A DNA stretch of 64,000 bases, taken from positions 124,001-188,000 of the forward strand of contig OZ251222.1 in assembly GCA_965240325.2 (NCBI GenBank), given 5' to 3'. Shown here one piece after another: positions 21,400-33,124 of the stretch. Under the pieces are notes generated by a model. The model saw nothing but the letters and a program-made list of their open reading frames with translations, did not search any database and was not told the DNA's origin. Source of the stretch: Rebecca billardiae RCC1528. Lineage: Eukaryota; Protista; Haptophyta. A program made the position numbers and the translations under genes. Each line of letters starts with the position of its first letter. Within the stretch, counting starts at the first letter, position 1.

Positions 21400-23550
21400 T
21401 CCGCGCCAACGCTCGCACGGCCACCGACACGCCACGCGCGGAGCGATGCGCCGATGGTCTTCGGCTCGGTCGCAAACGTCCTGAACCGCGCTGGCCTGTT
21501 CAGTCGCCCTTTGCTCGACGCAGTCGTGCACTGGCCGGTGGAGGCAGTGGCGCCGGGCGTCGGGAAGCACTTCGAGTTCCTCGGTGAGGCTGGCGAGCCC
21601 GCGCCCGACAAGAAGTAGCGCGGCGGCGCGTGCGCGCCGTGCTCGCGGTGACGTACGTGCTGCTCGCGAAGGGAAAGCAGTTCAAGCAGGGACACCTCGA
21701 GCACTCGGCAGATTATCTCGCCTTGCTCGCCGCTGACGGCCAGCGTGCGAAGCGCGCTGCTGGCATACACGGCGTTGAGCAGGTCACCGTGCGAGAGTGC
21801 TCCGTCAGACCCGTGGCCAAGGCCCTTGTCGATCAGCTGCGCTGAAGGGCGCGCGCAAGAGTGCGTGATGGAGGTCAGTTCCAGGCAGGCTCCATGTTGG
21901 CTGCAGCGCTGCGTCTGCGCAGCATGCCCCCGCACGCGCGTCTGCACGCGCACGGCTGCGCTGAGCTGCAAGTTGCGCTCGAGCTCAGCCTTGAGCGCGC
22001 TCAGCGTGCCCTTCAGCAGCTCGAGCGGTTCCTCCTTGCGCCACGCGTCCGCGTGGCGCCGCGAGTAGTTGCTTGTTCAGCGGCTGCACCTGCACCGCCG
22101 CGCGCTCGACGCTCGCCTCGACCACCTCCGCGCGCACGCGCTCGCCGACGCGCTCCAGGGACTGCTGCGTAAGCTCGTGCGCACAGTGGAGCGCCGGAGC
22201 GACACCTCCGCGCCATCCACCGCGCTTATCGCCTGGCTGGGCGCTATGGAGAGCTACACGCGCGCCGGGGGCGCGAGCCCGACGACGCATTCGCAGTTCA
22301 CCTCGCTGTACGACGAACGCCACCTCGAGCGCACGAGCGCATGCGTCTGCAGCGGGAGCACCGACGGCCGCTCCGGTGGGCTCGCCGCCGACTTCCCCAG
22401 TAGTAACCAGCATATCAAAGTCGTCCTCGGTAGCGCGCGAGGCTCGCTACAATACGGTGATGCTACACCACATGGTTTGCGTCACACGCAGCACCACATG
22501 GGTGGCCGGCAGCGGCGTACCATCGGCTGAGCTGTTCCTGAGTCACTGTTCCTCTGCAGAGACGTGCGCGCGTCGACGAGCACTTGCGCGCTCTGCGGCC
22601 TTCGGCACCTTGACACCTTGACATCATTGCGCGTGCGCATGACAGGCGCGGATGGTTGCGCACTTGCGTGTCCGTCGGCGGCGCGCACGATCCGCGAGTA
22701 CCGTCCGCCGGGGCCTTGCCATTGTCGACCTTGGACGGCGCACGTCGCACCGCGGCGCGCTTGCGGCCTTCGGTCGGGTAGCCCTCGCTGGACATGTGCT
22801 GGCCTCTGTTGCTCCGCTGCTCATCGGACCGGGTGCCAATCAGTGGCCCACAATTGACGACCCGTGCGCCTGCCCCGCATGCTCGCACACGGGATGACGC
22901 AGCCTGGAGCCACCCCGGTCGAGATTTCGGGATGTCAAAGCAGTGGCCGAGCATGCGCTCAAGCGCTCTCATCCTCATGGAGCGTGACCTCTACCGTTCT
23001 ACCGTCTGGGCGTCTGCCGTCACAGGAGTCGGACAAGTCCCCAAAGCTGGGTGCAACCAGTCCCTCGGGAGTAGCCGCCAGGCCTCCCGCCACCCCCGCA
23101 GCCGCGCCGCCCAGGGTTGTGAGTCCTGGGATTACGCGGGGTGGTCAGGCTGGCGCGCACGCTCGCGGAACCTTGGAACCCGCGCTCCCGCGCTGCGTCG
23201 CGTGTCACCCCTCGATCGCCGCCCCACCGCCACCTCTTCCCTCCCATCACCACCTCTTCCTCGACATCCTCGGCCTTCGCCGCAGCACCGACGCCCCCGC
23301 GCGCGGCCGCTGTGGCAGCGTGCGATCAGCGTGCGCTGCGCCGCCGCGCCGCCGCGCCGCCCAGAGTTGTGCAGCGCGGCCTGTGAGTCCTGCGAGCTGC
23401 CCTGTGTGGTCAGGCTGGTACGCACGCTCGCTAACGCTTCGAACACGCGCTGCATCGCGTGTCGCCCCTCGATCGCCGCCCCACCGCCGCGTTTTCCTCC
23501 ACGCACGGCGGCCGTCGCCGCAGCACGAGAGCCCCGCGCGCGGGCAGCGC
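21400..23550 (-). pseudogene. Frameshifted gene fragments inside the MULE-like element (IQ motif, coiled coil, internal duplication)
   Basis: LKAELERNLQLSAAVRVQTRVRGHAAQ IQ-like motif near 21930-22000; frameshifts; diverged direct repeat at about 23141-23231 vs 23406-23488. Confidence 0.45.
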
Positions 23551-23736
23551 GCCTTAATGTGGTGGCGGGATCCTTAATGTGGCAGTGGTCAACCGGCTGC
23601 CACATTATAAGGCTTAATGTGGTGGCGGGATTCGGCTTAATGTGGTAACCGGCTGAAGTCGGTCCCGGAGCAGCAGTCTGAAGATGGCGACCGCCGCGGC
23701 GGCCTCGTGGACCGGGAGTCCAAGACCACGAGCGCG

Positions 23737-26700
23737 ATGGCTCCTCTCGCCACCGCCGCCGCGATCGCGTGCATGCTCGGCTCTGCGGCGGCCTCGCGCG
23801 TCGGCCTCCCGGTCCGCGCGCCCGTCCCGCGCCCCGCCCTGCCGAGGATGGCCGCCCCTTCGCCGGACTCGCCGGACGATTGGAAGAGCGAGCGCGCGCT
23901 GCGCTCGCGCAAGCACACGGAGCTGTACACGGGTCTGGCCGCGGGCGCGGGCGAGACGAGCGGCAACGCGGGCGCTGCCCCACGGTCCGAGGGCGCCGTG
24001 CACGCCTCGCCGCCCGAGATCCTCGCGCCCGCGGGCGGCTGGCCGCAGCTGCGCGCCGCGATCGCGGCGGGCGCGGACGCATGCTACTTTGGCTGCGCCG
24101 AGGGGCTCAACGCGCGCGCGCGCGCGTCCAACTTTGGGCTGGACGAGCTGGGCGACGTGATGCGCGAGCTGCACGAGCACGGCATGCGCGGCTACCTCTG
24201 CGTCAACGTCCTCGTCTTCGACGAGGAGCTGGCCAGCGGCGCGCCCGAGAGGCTGATCCGAGCGGCGGCCGAGGCCGGCGTCGACGCGTTGATCGTGCAG
24301 GACGCGGGCGTGGCGCAGCTCGCCCGGCGCGTGGCGCCCGAGCTCGAGGTGCACGCCTCGACCCAGCAGAGCGTGACCGACGGCTACGGCGCGCTGCACG
24401 CGGTGCGCACCGCCGGCGCGAGCACCGTCGTCGTCGGCCGCGAGCTCTCCCTCGACGAGGTGGCCGCGGTGCGCAGCACGCTCGACACACACGGCCATGC
24501 GGACGTGGCCCTTGAGGTGTTCGTGCACGGCGCGCTGTGCGTGTCGTACTCGGGGCAGTGCTTCTCCTCCGAGGCGTGGGGCGGGCGCTCCGCCAACCGC
24601 GGCCAGTGCGCGCAGGCGTGCCGCATGCCGTACGGCCTCCTCGTCGACGGCGCCCTGCACTCCTTGCTTGAGCAGCAGTACCTGCTCAGCCCGCAGGACC
24701 TGTGCGCGCTCGAGCTGGTGCCGCAACTCGTGCGCGCGGGCGCGCGCACGCTCAAGATCGAGGGGCGGCTGAAGGGGCCGGAGTACGTGTACGCGACGAC
24801 GCGCGCGTACCGCGCCGCCGTCGACGAGGCGTGGGCGGCGCTCGCGCCCGCGCCCGCCGCCGAGCCCACCGGCGCGCGCGCGGACGAGGCGAGCGCGGCC
24901 GTGGCGGCGGGCGGCGCCGCCGCCGTGCGCGAGCGAGTCCTCGACCCGTGGGTGCCCTCGCGCCCGGAGCTTGCCGCGCTGTTCGCGCGCGCGCAGGATG
25001 CGCGGCATGACGGGCTGAGCGCAGGCTTCCTCAACGGGCCGCGTCACCAGTCGCTCGTGCGCGCGCGCACGCCTGGGCACCGCGGCGTGCTCGTGGGCCG
25101 CGTGGCGGCGCGGCCGCGCACCGCTCCGGCCGCGGCCGTGGCGGTCGAGATCGCGCAGCCCGTGCGCCGCGGCGACGGCGTGGTGTTCGACGAGCCCTCC
25201 GCGTACGAGGCCGCGCGCGGCGAGCTCGGCGGCGCGGTGTACGACGTGCTGGACCCGACGACCTCGCAGCCCGTGCCCCCCGACGCGCAGGAGGCCGGCA
25301 GCACCTACCTCCTCACGTTTGCGACCGAGAGCGGCGGCGCGCTCGGCTCGGTGCGGCCGGGGCAGCACGTGTGGCGCACGCGCGACGCGAGCGTGGAGAA
25401 GGCGGTCGCGAGCCGGCTCGCGCGCGCGGACGAGCTCGGCCGCGAGCGCGTGCGCGTGCGCGTGCGCGGCGCCCTCGGAGCGCCCCTCACACTCGAGCTC
25501 ACCGACGCGGCGGGGCGGCGCGCGGAGGGCCGCACGCAGAGCGCGCTGGAGCGCAGCACGCGCGACGCCTCCGGCGCCTCCGACGCCGCCGACGGCGACG
25601 CGCTCGCCGCCGCCGCGCTGAAGGCCGTGGGCGACCTCGGTGGCACGGCCCTCGCACTCGGCAGTGCGGACGCGGCCGAGCTCGCCCCGGGCCTGCACGT
25701 CCCCCTGCGCGAGATCAAGGCGGCGCGGCGCGCGGCCCTCGACGCGCTGCTCGAGGCGCGGCGCGCGCCGCCGCCGCGCGCCGCGCCGCCGCACGCCTCG
25801 CCGCCGCCGCGCGCGCCGCACGCTGACGGCTCGGCGGGCGGCGAGGGCGCGAGGGCGGCGGCGCCTGCTGCGCGCGCGCGCCGCTCGGCGGCGTCGCCCT
25901 CGCGCGCGCCGCTCGCCGCCGTGCGCCTCTCCGTGCTCTGCCGCACGCCGGCGCAGGTGGAGGCGCTCACGCTGCTGCCCGCGGCCGTGCGCGCCGGCTC
26001 GGCCGTGGACGAGATCGTGTGCGACCACCTTGAGATGCGCGGGATGGAGGCGTCGGTGGCGCGCGTGCGCGCGTCGGGGCTGCGCGCCGTCGTCGCCGCG
26101 CCGCGCGTGATCAAGCCCGCCGAGGCCGGCCTGTGGCGCGTCCTCGCCGACGCCGGCGCCGACGCCATCCTGGTGCGCTCGGCGGGGCTGCTTCTGCAGC
26201 TGGCGCACGAGCGCTCGCGCGCGCGGCCCGAGGACCCGCTCTCGCGCGTCGCACTGCACGGCGACTTCAGCCTGGGCGTGGCCAACGCGGACTCGGCGCG
26301 GCTGCTGCTCGACTCGGGGCTCGAGCGGGTCACGCCGACGCACGACTGCAACTCGGCGCAGCTCGAGGCGATCGCGCGCCGGCTGGGCGCGGACGGCGCG
26401 CGCCGCATCGAGCCGATCGTGCACACGCACGTGCCCATCTTCCACACCGACTACTGCGTGTTTGCGCGCACGCTCTCCGAGGGCGAGAGCTACCGGGACT
26501 GCGGCCACCCGTGCGAGCGGCACAGCCTGCACCTGCGCACGGCGGAGGGCGCGGACAATCTCGTGCTCGCAGACATGGGCTGCCGAAACACCGTGTTCAA
26601 CGCGGAGGCTCAGTCCGGCGCGCGGCACGTGCGCGGCTGGGCGGACGCGGGGATCACGCGGCTGCGCATCGAGCTGGTGGACGAGCCGGCGCACGTCGCG

Positions 26701-26883
26701 GTGCGCCTCGTCCAGGCGTACATGGACCTGCTCGCCGGCGCGGCCACGCACGACGACATTTTTGACTTTGTGCGCCGCGAGGCGACCGACTCGAACGGCC
26801 GGCTACACGGCGTGGGCGAAGGCAGCTTGCGCGTCAAGCGCGAGCGCGAGTGGTCCTCGCTGAAGCGCACTGCGCGCGGCTGA
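23737..26883 (+). CDS. Long peptidase U32-family protein (RlhA/YdcP-like RNA hydroxylase), probably plastid-targeted
   Basis: PEILAPAG, GADACYFG, NARARASNF, VHASTQ, EVFVHGALCVSYSGQCFSS..GGRSANRGQCAQACR, LKIEGRLKGPEYV; second degenerate barrel with YCVF..CGHPC..GCRNTVFN; bipartite presequence. Confidence 0.88.
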   Translation: MAPLATAAAIACMLGSAAASRVGLPVRAPVPRPALPRMAAPSPDSPDDWKSERALRSRKHTELYTGLAAGAGETSGNAGAAPRSEGAVHASPPEILAPAGGWPQLRAAIAAGADACYFGCAEGLNARARASNFGLDELGDVMRELHEHGMRGYLCVNVLVFDEELASGAPERLIRAAAEAGVDALIVQDAGVAQLARRVAPELEVHASTQQSVTDGYGALHAVRTAGASTVVVGRELSLDEVAAVRSTLDTHGHADVALEVFVHGALCVSYSGQCFSSEAWGGRSANRGQCAQACRMPYGLLVDGALHSLLEQQYLLSPQDLCALELVPQLVRAGARTLKIEGRLKGPEYVYATTRAYRAAVDEAWAALAPAPAAEPTGARADEASAAVAAGGAAAVRERVLDPWVPSRPELAALFARAQDARHDGLSAGFLNGPRHQSLVRARTPGHRGVLVGRVAARPRTAPAAAVAVEIAQPVRRGDGVVFDEPSAYEAARGELGGAVYDVLDPTTSQPVPPDAQEAGSTYLLTFATESGGALGSVRPGQHVWRTRDASVEKAVASRLARADELGRERVRVRVRGALGAPLTLELTDAAGRRAEGRTQSALERSTRDASGASDAADGDALAAAALKAVGDLGGTALALGSADAAELAPGLHVPLREIKAARRAALDALLEARRAPPPRAAPPHASPPPRAPHADGSAGGEGARAAAPAARARRSAASPSRAPLAAVRLSVLCRTPAQVEALTLLPAAVRAGSAVDEIVCDHLEMRGMEASVARVRASGLRAVVAAPRVIKPAEAGLWRVLADAGADAILVRSAGLLLQLAHERSRARPEDPLSRVALHGDFSLGVANADSARLLLDSGLERVTPTHDCNSAQLEAIARRLGADGARRIEPIVHTHVPIFHTDYCVFARTLSEGESYRDCGHPCERHSLHLRTAEGADNLVLADMGCRNTVFNAEAQSGARHVRGWADAGITRLRIELVDEPAHVAVRLVQAYMDLLAGAATHDDIFDFVRREATDSNGRLHGVGEGSLRVKREREWSSLKRTARG

Positions 26884-27536
26884 TGATGAATCGTGATGAT
26901 GAAGCTTAATGTCACTGATGCTGCTACTGGATGGATATACGCTGCTTCTCTGCTAAGCAGTAACATTTATTCATCATGAATTATACCGCCATGCTATACG
27001 CGTAATAACCGCGGACGTCATCGACTCATCGGAGTCACGGTTCAGTCACCGTTCAGTCAGACGGAAAGCGGCTACAATTATTATATAAATATTATAATAA
27101 TAAGCCGCCGCGCAGCAACTTAGTCGATATCTTGCATGATCCGCCCTCCGATCCGGGCCCCGCCGATCGAATAAAGATCAGCATCATCATCGCGAGGCAT
27201 ATATATATATCAATAAAGCAGTCGACCGCGCGCCACTGCGTGCCGTGCTAAGCTACAGTAGACAGAGTAGTAACTAGTATAGGCACTATAGCCAGCGGCA
27301 GCAGTGAGCAGACATTGTATTTGTGCCAGACACTGGGCGCGCGTCGCCATCACTCGCGGCCGCGAGCATTCTCACTACTGCAGTCTACTGCTCAGTGCTC
27401 AGGGCGCGGCCACGATCGGGCATCGCTATCGGCGGCGACGGCCATCGGGCATCGGCCATCGGGGCGAGGCGGACGTCGCGGACGATGCCCTGGCCCGGGG
27501 ACGGCACTCGTCATGACATCAGTATATTCAGAGCAG

Positions 27537-30179
27537 TCATGAAGGTGCGGTCGATGACGATGTTGACGAGGCTGGCCTTGAGGTAGGAGTGCCGCCTGTC
27601 TCTGCATCGCCGACGCCAGCTGCGCCGAGCTCGTCCATCCCCGTCAACGCCCGACGCGTGGCCGAGTTGCCGCCTGTTCTGCTGCTAGCACTCGCGCTGC
27701 CTGTAGGTGCACCGAACGAATCGCTGCCGAGAGTGGCCTCGCCCTCACCGTCGTCCTCGCCGTACATGAGGACATCCTCGTCGTCCACGTCGTCGTCAGC
27801 AAGCCCGTCCGCGATGTAGAGCATCAGCCTGGAGCGCAGCTCTTCCTGCCGTGGGCGCGGAGGCGCGGGCCGAGTGCCGCGCGCGCGGGCGGCAGCACAC
27901 GCGCGGGTGAGCGCGCGCGTGCGAGGGAGTGGGAGGGCGCGTGGGCCCACGCCAGCCGCAGGGGCGGGGCCGCACACACCTTGGTGCCCGAGATGGGCAG
28001 GCCGTGAAGGCGCAGCTCCTCGCGCAGCTCCTCGCGCGTCATCGCCACGATATCATCCGCCTCGTCGTACTCGTCGCCGATCCGCTCGAGGTGCTCGGCA
28101 TTCATCGGCGGCGCAGCGGCTGCGGGCGCCGCCTGCGCCTCCGACTCCGAGTCCGCGGGCGACGCCCCGAACGCGTACGTGAACGCGTCCCCGTCGTCGT
28201 CGCCGGCGATCTCGCGCGCGTCGGCGGGGAAGAAGAGGTCATCCTCGTCGTAGTCGTCCTCCTCCTCCTCCTCCTCCTGGGCAGCCGCGCCCGCAGCCCG
28301 GCGCTCGTCCGCCTCATAGGCCGAGTCGGCCATGTCCCCGTGCGGCGCGTCGTACAGCTCGTCCTGCGCAGCCGCGCAGCCGCGCAGCCGCGCAGCCGCG
28401 CCGCCCGCACCGGAGGGAGGCGCGCGGCGCGGCGTGCGCGCGCGCGGGGGTGGGGGTGGGATGGCGCGTCTTGCGCGCATGGCACGCGGCGGCTGCGGGC
28501 GCCCGCGCGCGCGGCACGCACGGCGCGGACGGCCCCGCGCGGCCGCGCACCTGCTCCGCCTCCTCCCGCTCCATCTGCCTGCGCGCGCGCTTGGCCTGGC
28601 GCGCGGCGTCAAAGCCGCGCCGGCCCGCGCGGAGCACGCCCGCCTCCTCTGGGTCGAGCTCGACCATGTGCCCGCGCTGCAGCATCTCGCGGATGCGCCC
28701 GCCCTCGTCCGCGCCGCGCCCCTCGAACACCTCGCCGTACGACAGCTCCTCCGCCTCCTCCTCCTCCGCCTCCGCCTCGTCCAGCAGCTCGAGCGGCTCG
28801 CCCAGCCTGTCGTCGAGACCGCCGTCCGCGCCCGAGCCGGAGGCGTCGGCGCCCAGCATGCCCACGCGCAGCTGCGCGCCGCCGTCGTCGAAGCCGGCGC
28901 TCTCGAGCACGGCCTGCGAGAGCTCCTCCCCGCGCGCGCCCAGGCGCACGTGGAACTCCGTCTTCGTCGTCGCCGTCGGCGAGTTGTGCTCGACGGCGAA
29001 GATGTGCGTGTACGCCTGCAGGAAGGACGAGAGCCGACCGTGCCGCGCCTTGAGGTGCTCGAGCGCGCTCACGCGGCCGTGGATCTGGCGCGAGAGGAAG
29101 CGGCCGATGGTGCGGGAGGAGACGAGGCCGGTGGAGCTGAGGGAGACGCAGCGGATCACGAGGCTCACCAGCCACGAGTCGAGGCTGAGCGACGCCTGCT
29201 GCGCGATCCGCACGCGGCCGCCGCTCGTGCGCGGCCGCGCGACCGCCTCGGCAGCGCCCGCTGCGCTCGGCCCGTCCCCAGCGGGCGTGGGCGCCCCGTC
29301 GGCCGGCGGCGGCGCGGCGGCGCGCGGCGGGAGCACGGGCTCGAGCAGGTCCGCGCGCGGCACGATCAGCCGCGCCAGCTGGTCGTCCAGCCACGTCGTC
29401 TCGAAGTCCTTCACGTGAATGGAAGGATCGGAGAACTCGCGGTTGCACGAGTTGCGCATCGACGCGATCGCGATGCGCCGGCCGCGCTGGCGCGCGCGCA
29501 CGAGCGCGGGGATGAAGTCGCGGTCGCCCGAGACGAGCACGCCGATGTCGTACGCGTCGGGCACCGTCGCGTAGTGCAGCAGCTCCACCGCGAGCGCGAT
29601 GTCGACGCACTTCTCCTGAACGCCCTGGAACGAGCCGAGGTGCACCTCGTAGTTGAGCGCCTGCATCTGCTCGAAGAGCGCGACGCGCTGCTCGGACATG
29701 ACGTCCTGGCGGTACGAGGTGAAGACGAGCGTGCGCACCACCTCGACCACGCGCGGCGTCTGCAGCTGCTCGCTCAGCTGCACGGAGATGTCCTCGGCGA
29801 TGATCGGCGGCAGCTGCGACACGTCCACGCAGTGCGTCGCGCGCCAGTTCTCGCCGTACAGCTCGCGGATGGCGCAGCGCTCGCCGCGCTCGAAGAGCGA
29901 GTAGTACAGCCACGTGCCGTCGATGAAGAGCATCGCCTTCAGCGGCGGCAGCGCCGCGGGGCGCGCCCACTCGGGCGAGGACACGTCGCCGCCGCCCGCT
30001 CGCGGCGGCACGCGCTCCGTTGCCGAGCTCGCGCGCGCGTGGAGGCGAGGGAGGCAGGGGACGCGCGAGATCCCGACACTGCGACCGCCTCCGACGATCG
30101 CGCGCGGCAGACCGGACGGCGCGCCGTGTGCCACGAGCAACGCCGCCACCAAGAGCGCGTGGCCCCGGCCGGCCTTCAT
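27537..30179 (-). CDS. NYN (LabA/PIN-like) nuclease + LOTUS/OST-HTH-like + SAP protein; introns 28364-28550 and 27846-27979
   Basis: MLFIDGTWL, QEKCVDIALA, VLVSGDRDFIPAL (NYN acidic motifs); SSRTIGRFL...HGRLSSFLQ (LOTUS-like); MTREELREELRLHGLPISGTK|EELRSRL (SAP, split by an intron); signal peptide. Confidence 0.82.
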
Positions 30180-30484
30180 GGCGCCCGCACCCGGATCACT
30201 CCGGCTCGTGCTCCGTCGTCGCCGGCATTTTGCGGTCGACGAAAATCATCAGCCGAAATGATGTCCGATGCGCATCATTTTCTCGCCCCGGGATTTCGGT
30301 GTGCACAGGTCGGCCCGATTTTCCGCAGTCGACACCTCTTCGAGAGAAGGCTGGAGTACCCGGGTAAGTAGGCCTCCATCCTTAGCTGGCGCGCACGGCC
30401 GCCGCCAGGGGGCGCCACAAGCCACGGCGGGGCTTGATGGGCCTGGAGGGCCGGCGACCGCCAGAGTCGGTACTGCCGGAGCGC

Positions 30485-32544
30485 ATGCCGGCTAAGCTCG
30501 ACGCCACGCCGTCGCGTGGCGTGCTGCAGATCTTCTCGGTCGAAGAGATCACGGCGATCTCGCTGCTCGGCGAATTGCCGATTGATCCCTCGGACGACCT
30601 CGCCGAGCCAGAATCGCTCGACCTGGCGGACGACCCGCCGGAGATGGCGGCCATCGCCGCGGCAGTCGTGGCCGCCGCGCGACCCGCCCAACCCCGCGCG
30701 GACCCCGCCGACGCCGAGGACGACGCTGGTCAGCTCGAGCCGGTGGTGCTCGACACGCCGCAGGGCGAGCGCCGCCTCAGCGGCGCGGGCCCGATGTCGG
30801 CAGGCAGGCGGTCGGTGGTGAGCCACTTCTCACCCGAGGACTTCCTCGCGCTCGACAAGTCGAACCTCCAGCTCGACCTCCCCGACGACCTGTGGCTCTA
30901 CTGCCTGCGCTTCCTGGACTTCAAGATGCAGGGCGTGATCCCTCGGCTCTCGAAGCGCTTCCTCGGCCTCTCGGACTGCCAGGAGCACTGGCGCAACGTG
31001 GCCGCGCACCGGGGGTACACGGAGGGCGGGCGCATCCGCGGCGAGAAGACCGCCCTCGCCGCGGGCGGCTGGCGCGAGTACTGCAAGCAGCAGAGCCGGC
31101 GCGAGCTGCGGTGGCGCACGCCAGACGGTTGCCTGATGCACGTCGTGCCGGACTGCCACCAGCAGTGGTCGCCGGCGATCGTGTACGCGCCGCGCTCGCA
31201 GGAGATCGTGACGTGCTCGTACGACGGCACGGTGCGCACCTGGCTGGACGACAGCGCGCGCGGCGGCGCCTACCCGTGCACGCGCGTGCTGACGACCGAG
31301 GAGGGCGAGGGCTTCAGCGTCGTCACGATCGCGCCCGACAGCGTGCTCAGCTCGCCCGAGGGCATGCTGCTCGCGGCCGGCTCGGAGTACGGCAACCTGC
31401 ACGTGTGGTGCGCGCGGGCGCCGCACCGAGCGCCCCGGGCCCGCCCGCGCCGCGCTCCCGCCCGGCGCGTCCGCGACGCAGTGGCGCGCACGGCTGACGC
31501 CTCCCTCGCGCGCGCGCGCCGTGCTGCGCCCGCCGCTCGCGCAGGCAAGTCGACGACGAGGAGGCGCGGCGAGTGGCGCACGTGCCGACGACGCACGACT
31601 TCGTGCAGTCGGCCGCGTGGACGCCGACCGGGCGCGTCGTCACCGGCGGCGACAGCGGCGTCATCCAGATCCACGACCTGGGCGGCGTGATCGGCACGGT
31701 GAGGGAGGAGGAGGAGGAGCCGGTGCGCCCGACCGGCGCGGCTGCGGGCGGCGGGGCGGGGCTCGGCGCGGCGATTGCGCCCGGCTCGCCCGGCAGCGTC
31801 GGGAACGCTGGCGCCGCCCCCGCGGGAGGCAACTCGAGCACGCTCGAGGGCCACTCGCAGGCGGTGATGTGCATGACGATGTGCGGCCGCGGCCAGCTCG
31901 TGTCTGGCAGCGTCGACCACACCGTCAGAGTGTGGGACCTGACCACCGGCCGGGCCACGTCGGTGCTGCAGGCGCACTCGCGCTCGGTGCACTGCGTGTG
32001 CTCGCACGAGCTGGATTCGGGCTCGCCCTACGGGCATGGCGCACAGCTCATCTTCTCGGGCTCGCGCGACCACTCGATCAAGGTGAGTGCTGCTCGGCCG
32101 AGGCGCGGCGCCGCGCGCGCGCCGCCCTGGCGCTTTGCGCGCAGCCGTGCTCACGCGCCGCGCACGCCACGCCCCCGCGCGCGCTCGCCTTCACCGCGCG
32201 TGCAGGTGTGGGACCTGCGGACCAACAAGTGCGCCGCCGAATTGCGCGGGCACGCGGGGAGCGTCACCTGCCTGGGCGCGTACCAGTGGCAGCTCGCGAG
32301 CGGCGCGGGCTTCAACCGGGGCATGGACGACGACACCGTCCTCTCGGTCGACTCGACGCTGCGGATGTGGGACGTGCGCACGATGCGATGTCTGTGGACA
32401 AAGGACGTGCCCAACCCGCCGGGCGGCACCGCGCACCCGAAAGGCGACCCCATCCTGTGCCTGCAGCTGCTGCACGACAAGATCCTGACCAGCCACGGCG
32501 GGAAGGACTGGACGGCGCGCGTGTGGCAGGTCACCGACAGGTGA
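30485..32544 (+). CDS. F-box/WD40 protein; introns 31408-31544 and 32083-32205
   Basis: LPDDLWLYCLRFLD F-box; WD repeats (SYDGTVRTW, GHSQAV..SVDHTVRVWD, SRDHSIK|VWD, DSTLRMWD). Confidence 0.88.
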
Positions 32545-33124
32545 CGAGCCGGCCGTTCATTCACGCCTCGGCTCGGCACGAGGTGCACGCGGGTGCACGC
32601 GGGCTCCTGCTGCGCCTCTCCTCGCGGATGTGCGATGCGCGCAACCAAGGCGGCGGCGGCGGCGCTGGCGCTCATTGCGCTGGTGGTGATGGGCTTCTCG
32701 CGCCGAGGACGAGGTTGGGACGGCGTGCTCAATGACGATCGTGGCGATGGCATGTGCATGGCAGCATGGATCTTGAGTCCCCCCCCCCCCCGGCCGACTC
32801 GATGCGGATTGCGGATGCCGGGTGGCCGTTCGCCGCGGCCACGGCGGCATCTCACGCATCGGTTGGTGAGTGGCCCCGGGACTACGAGACCGAGTACGAC
32901 TCTGCCGAGCGGTCAGCCGGGGTCAGCCAGCCCTTGGAATCACAATGTCAATGGCAGCCAACGGCGCGACTCCGGTATATTTCAATGTCGTCCTCGGATG
33001 TGCGTGGTGATATGTACGTATGCGCATGTAGTAAGCTAGTCGCATGATGATGCATGATGATAGATGGCGCGCGGTAGCATCAAGCAGACTTGTTGCGCCT
33101 CACTCAAGCGGTCCGACCGCCTGC

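Larger units (their letters stand above)
19772..23660. mobile_element. Non-autonomous Mutator-like (Pack-MULE-like) element, 9-bp TSD GGTCCCGGA
   Basis: TIR GGCTTCATCCGGTTGCCACATTAAGCC vs GACTTCAGCCGGTTACCACATTAAGCC; TSD at 19763-19771 and 23661-23669; subterminal GCCACATTAAG arrays at both ends in inverted orientation. Confidence 0.82.

Noticed and set aside
22460-22490. TPHGLRHT resembling the tyrosine-recombinase HxLRH box
   Set aside because: Isolated 8-mer with no upstream Arg box or downstream LGH/Tyr in frame; likely chance
19780-23652. GCCACATTAAG arrays as a CRISPR-like array
   Set aside because: Repeats and spacers are too short and irregular, orientation is mixed, the context is eukaryotic with no cas genes; explained as transposon subterminal repeats
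23614-26751. 1045-aa antisense ORF (and similar long shadow ORFs, e.g. 28332-30371, 36408-38333)
   Set aside because: Stop-poor antisense or alternative frames of GC-rich genes; Arg/Ala-rich with no motifs
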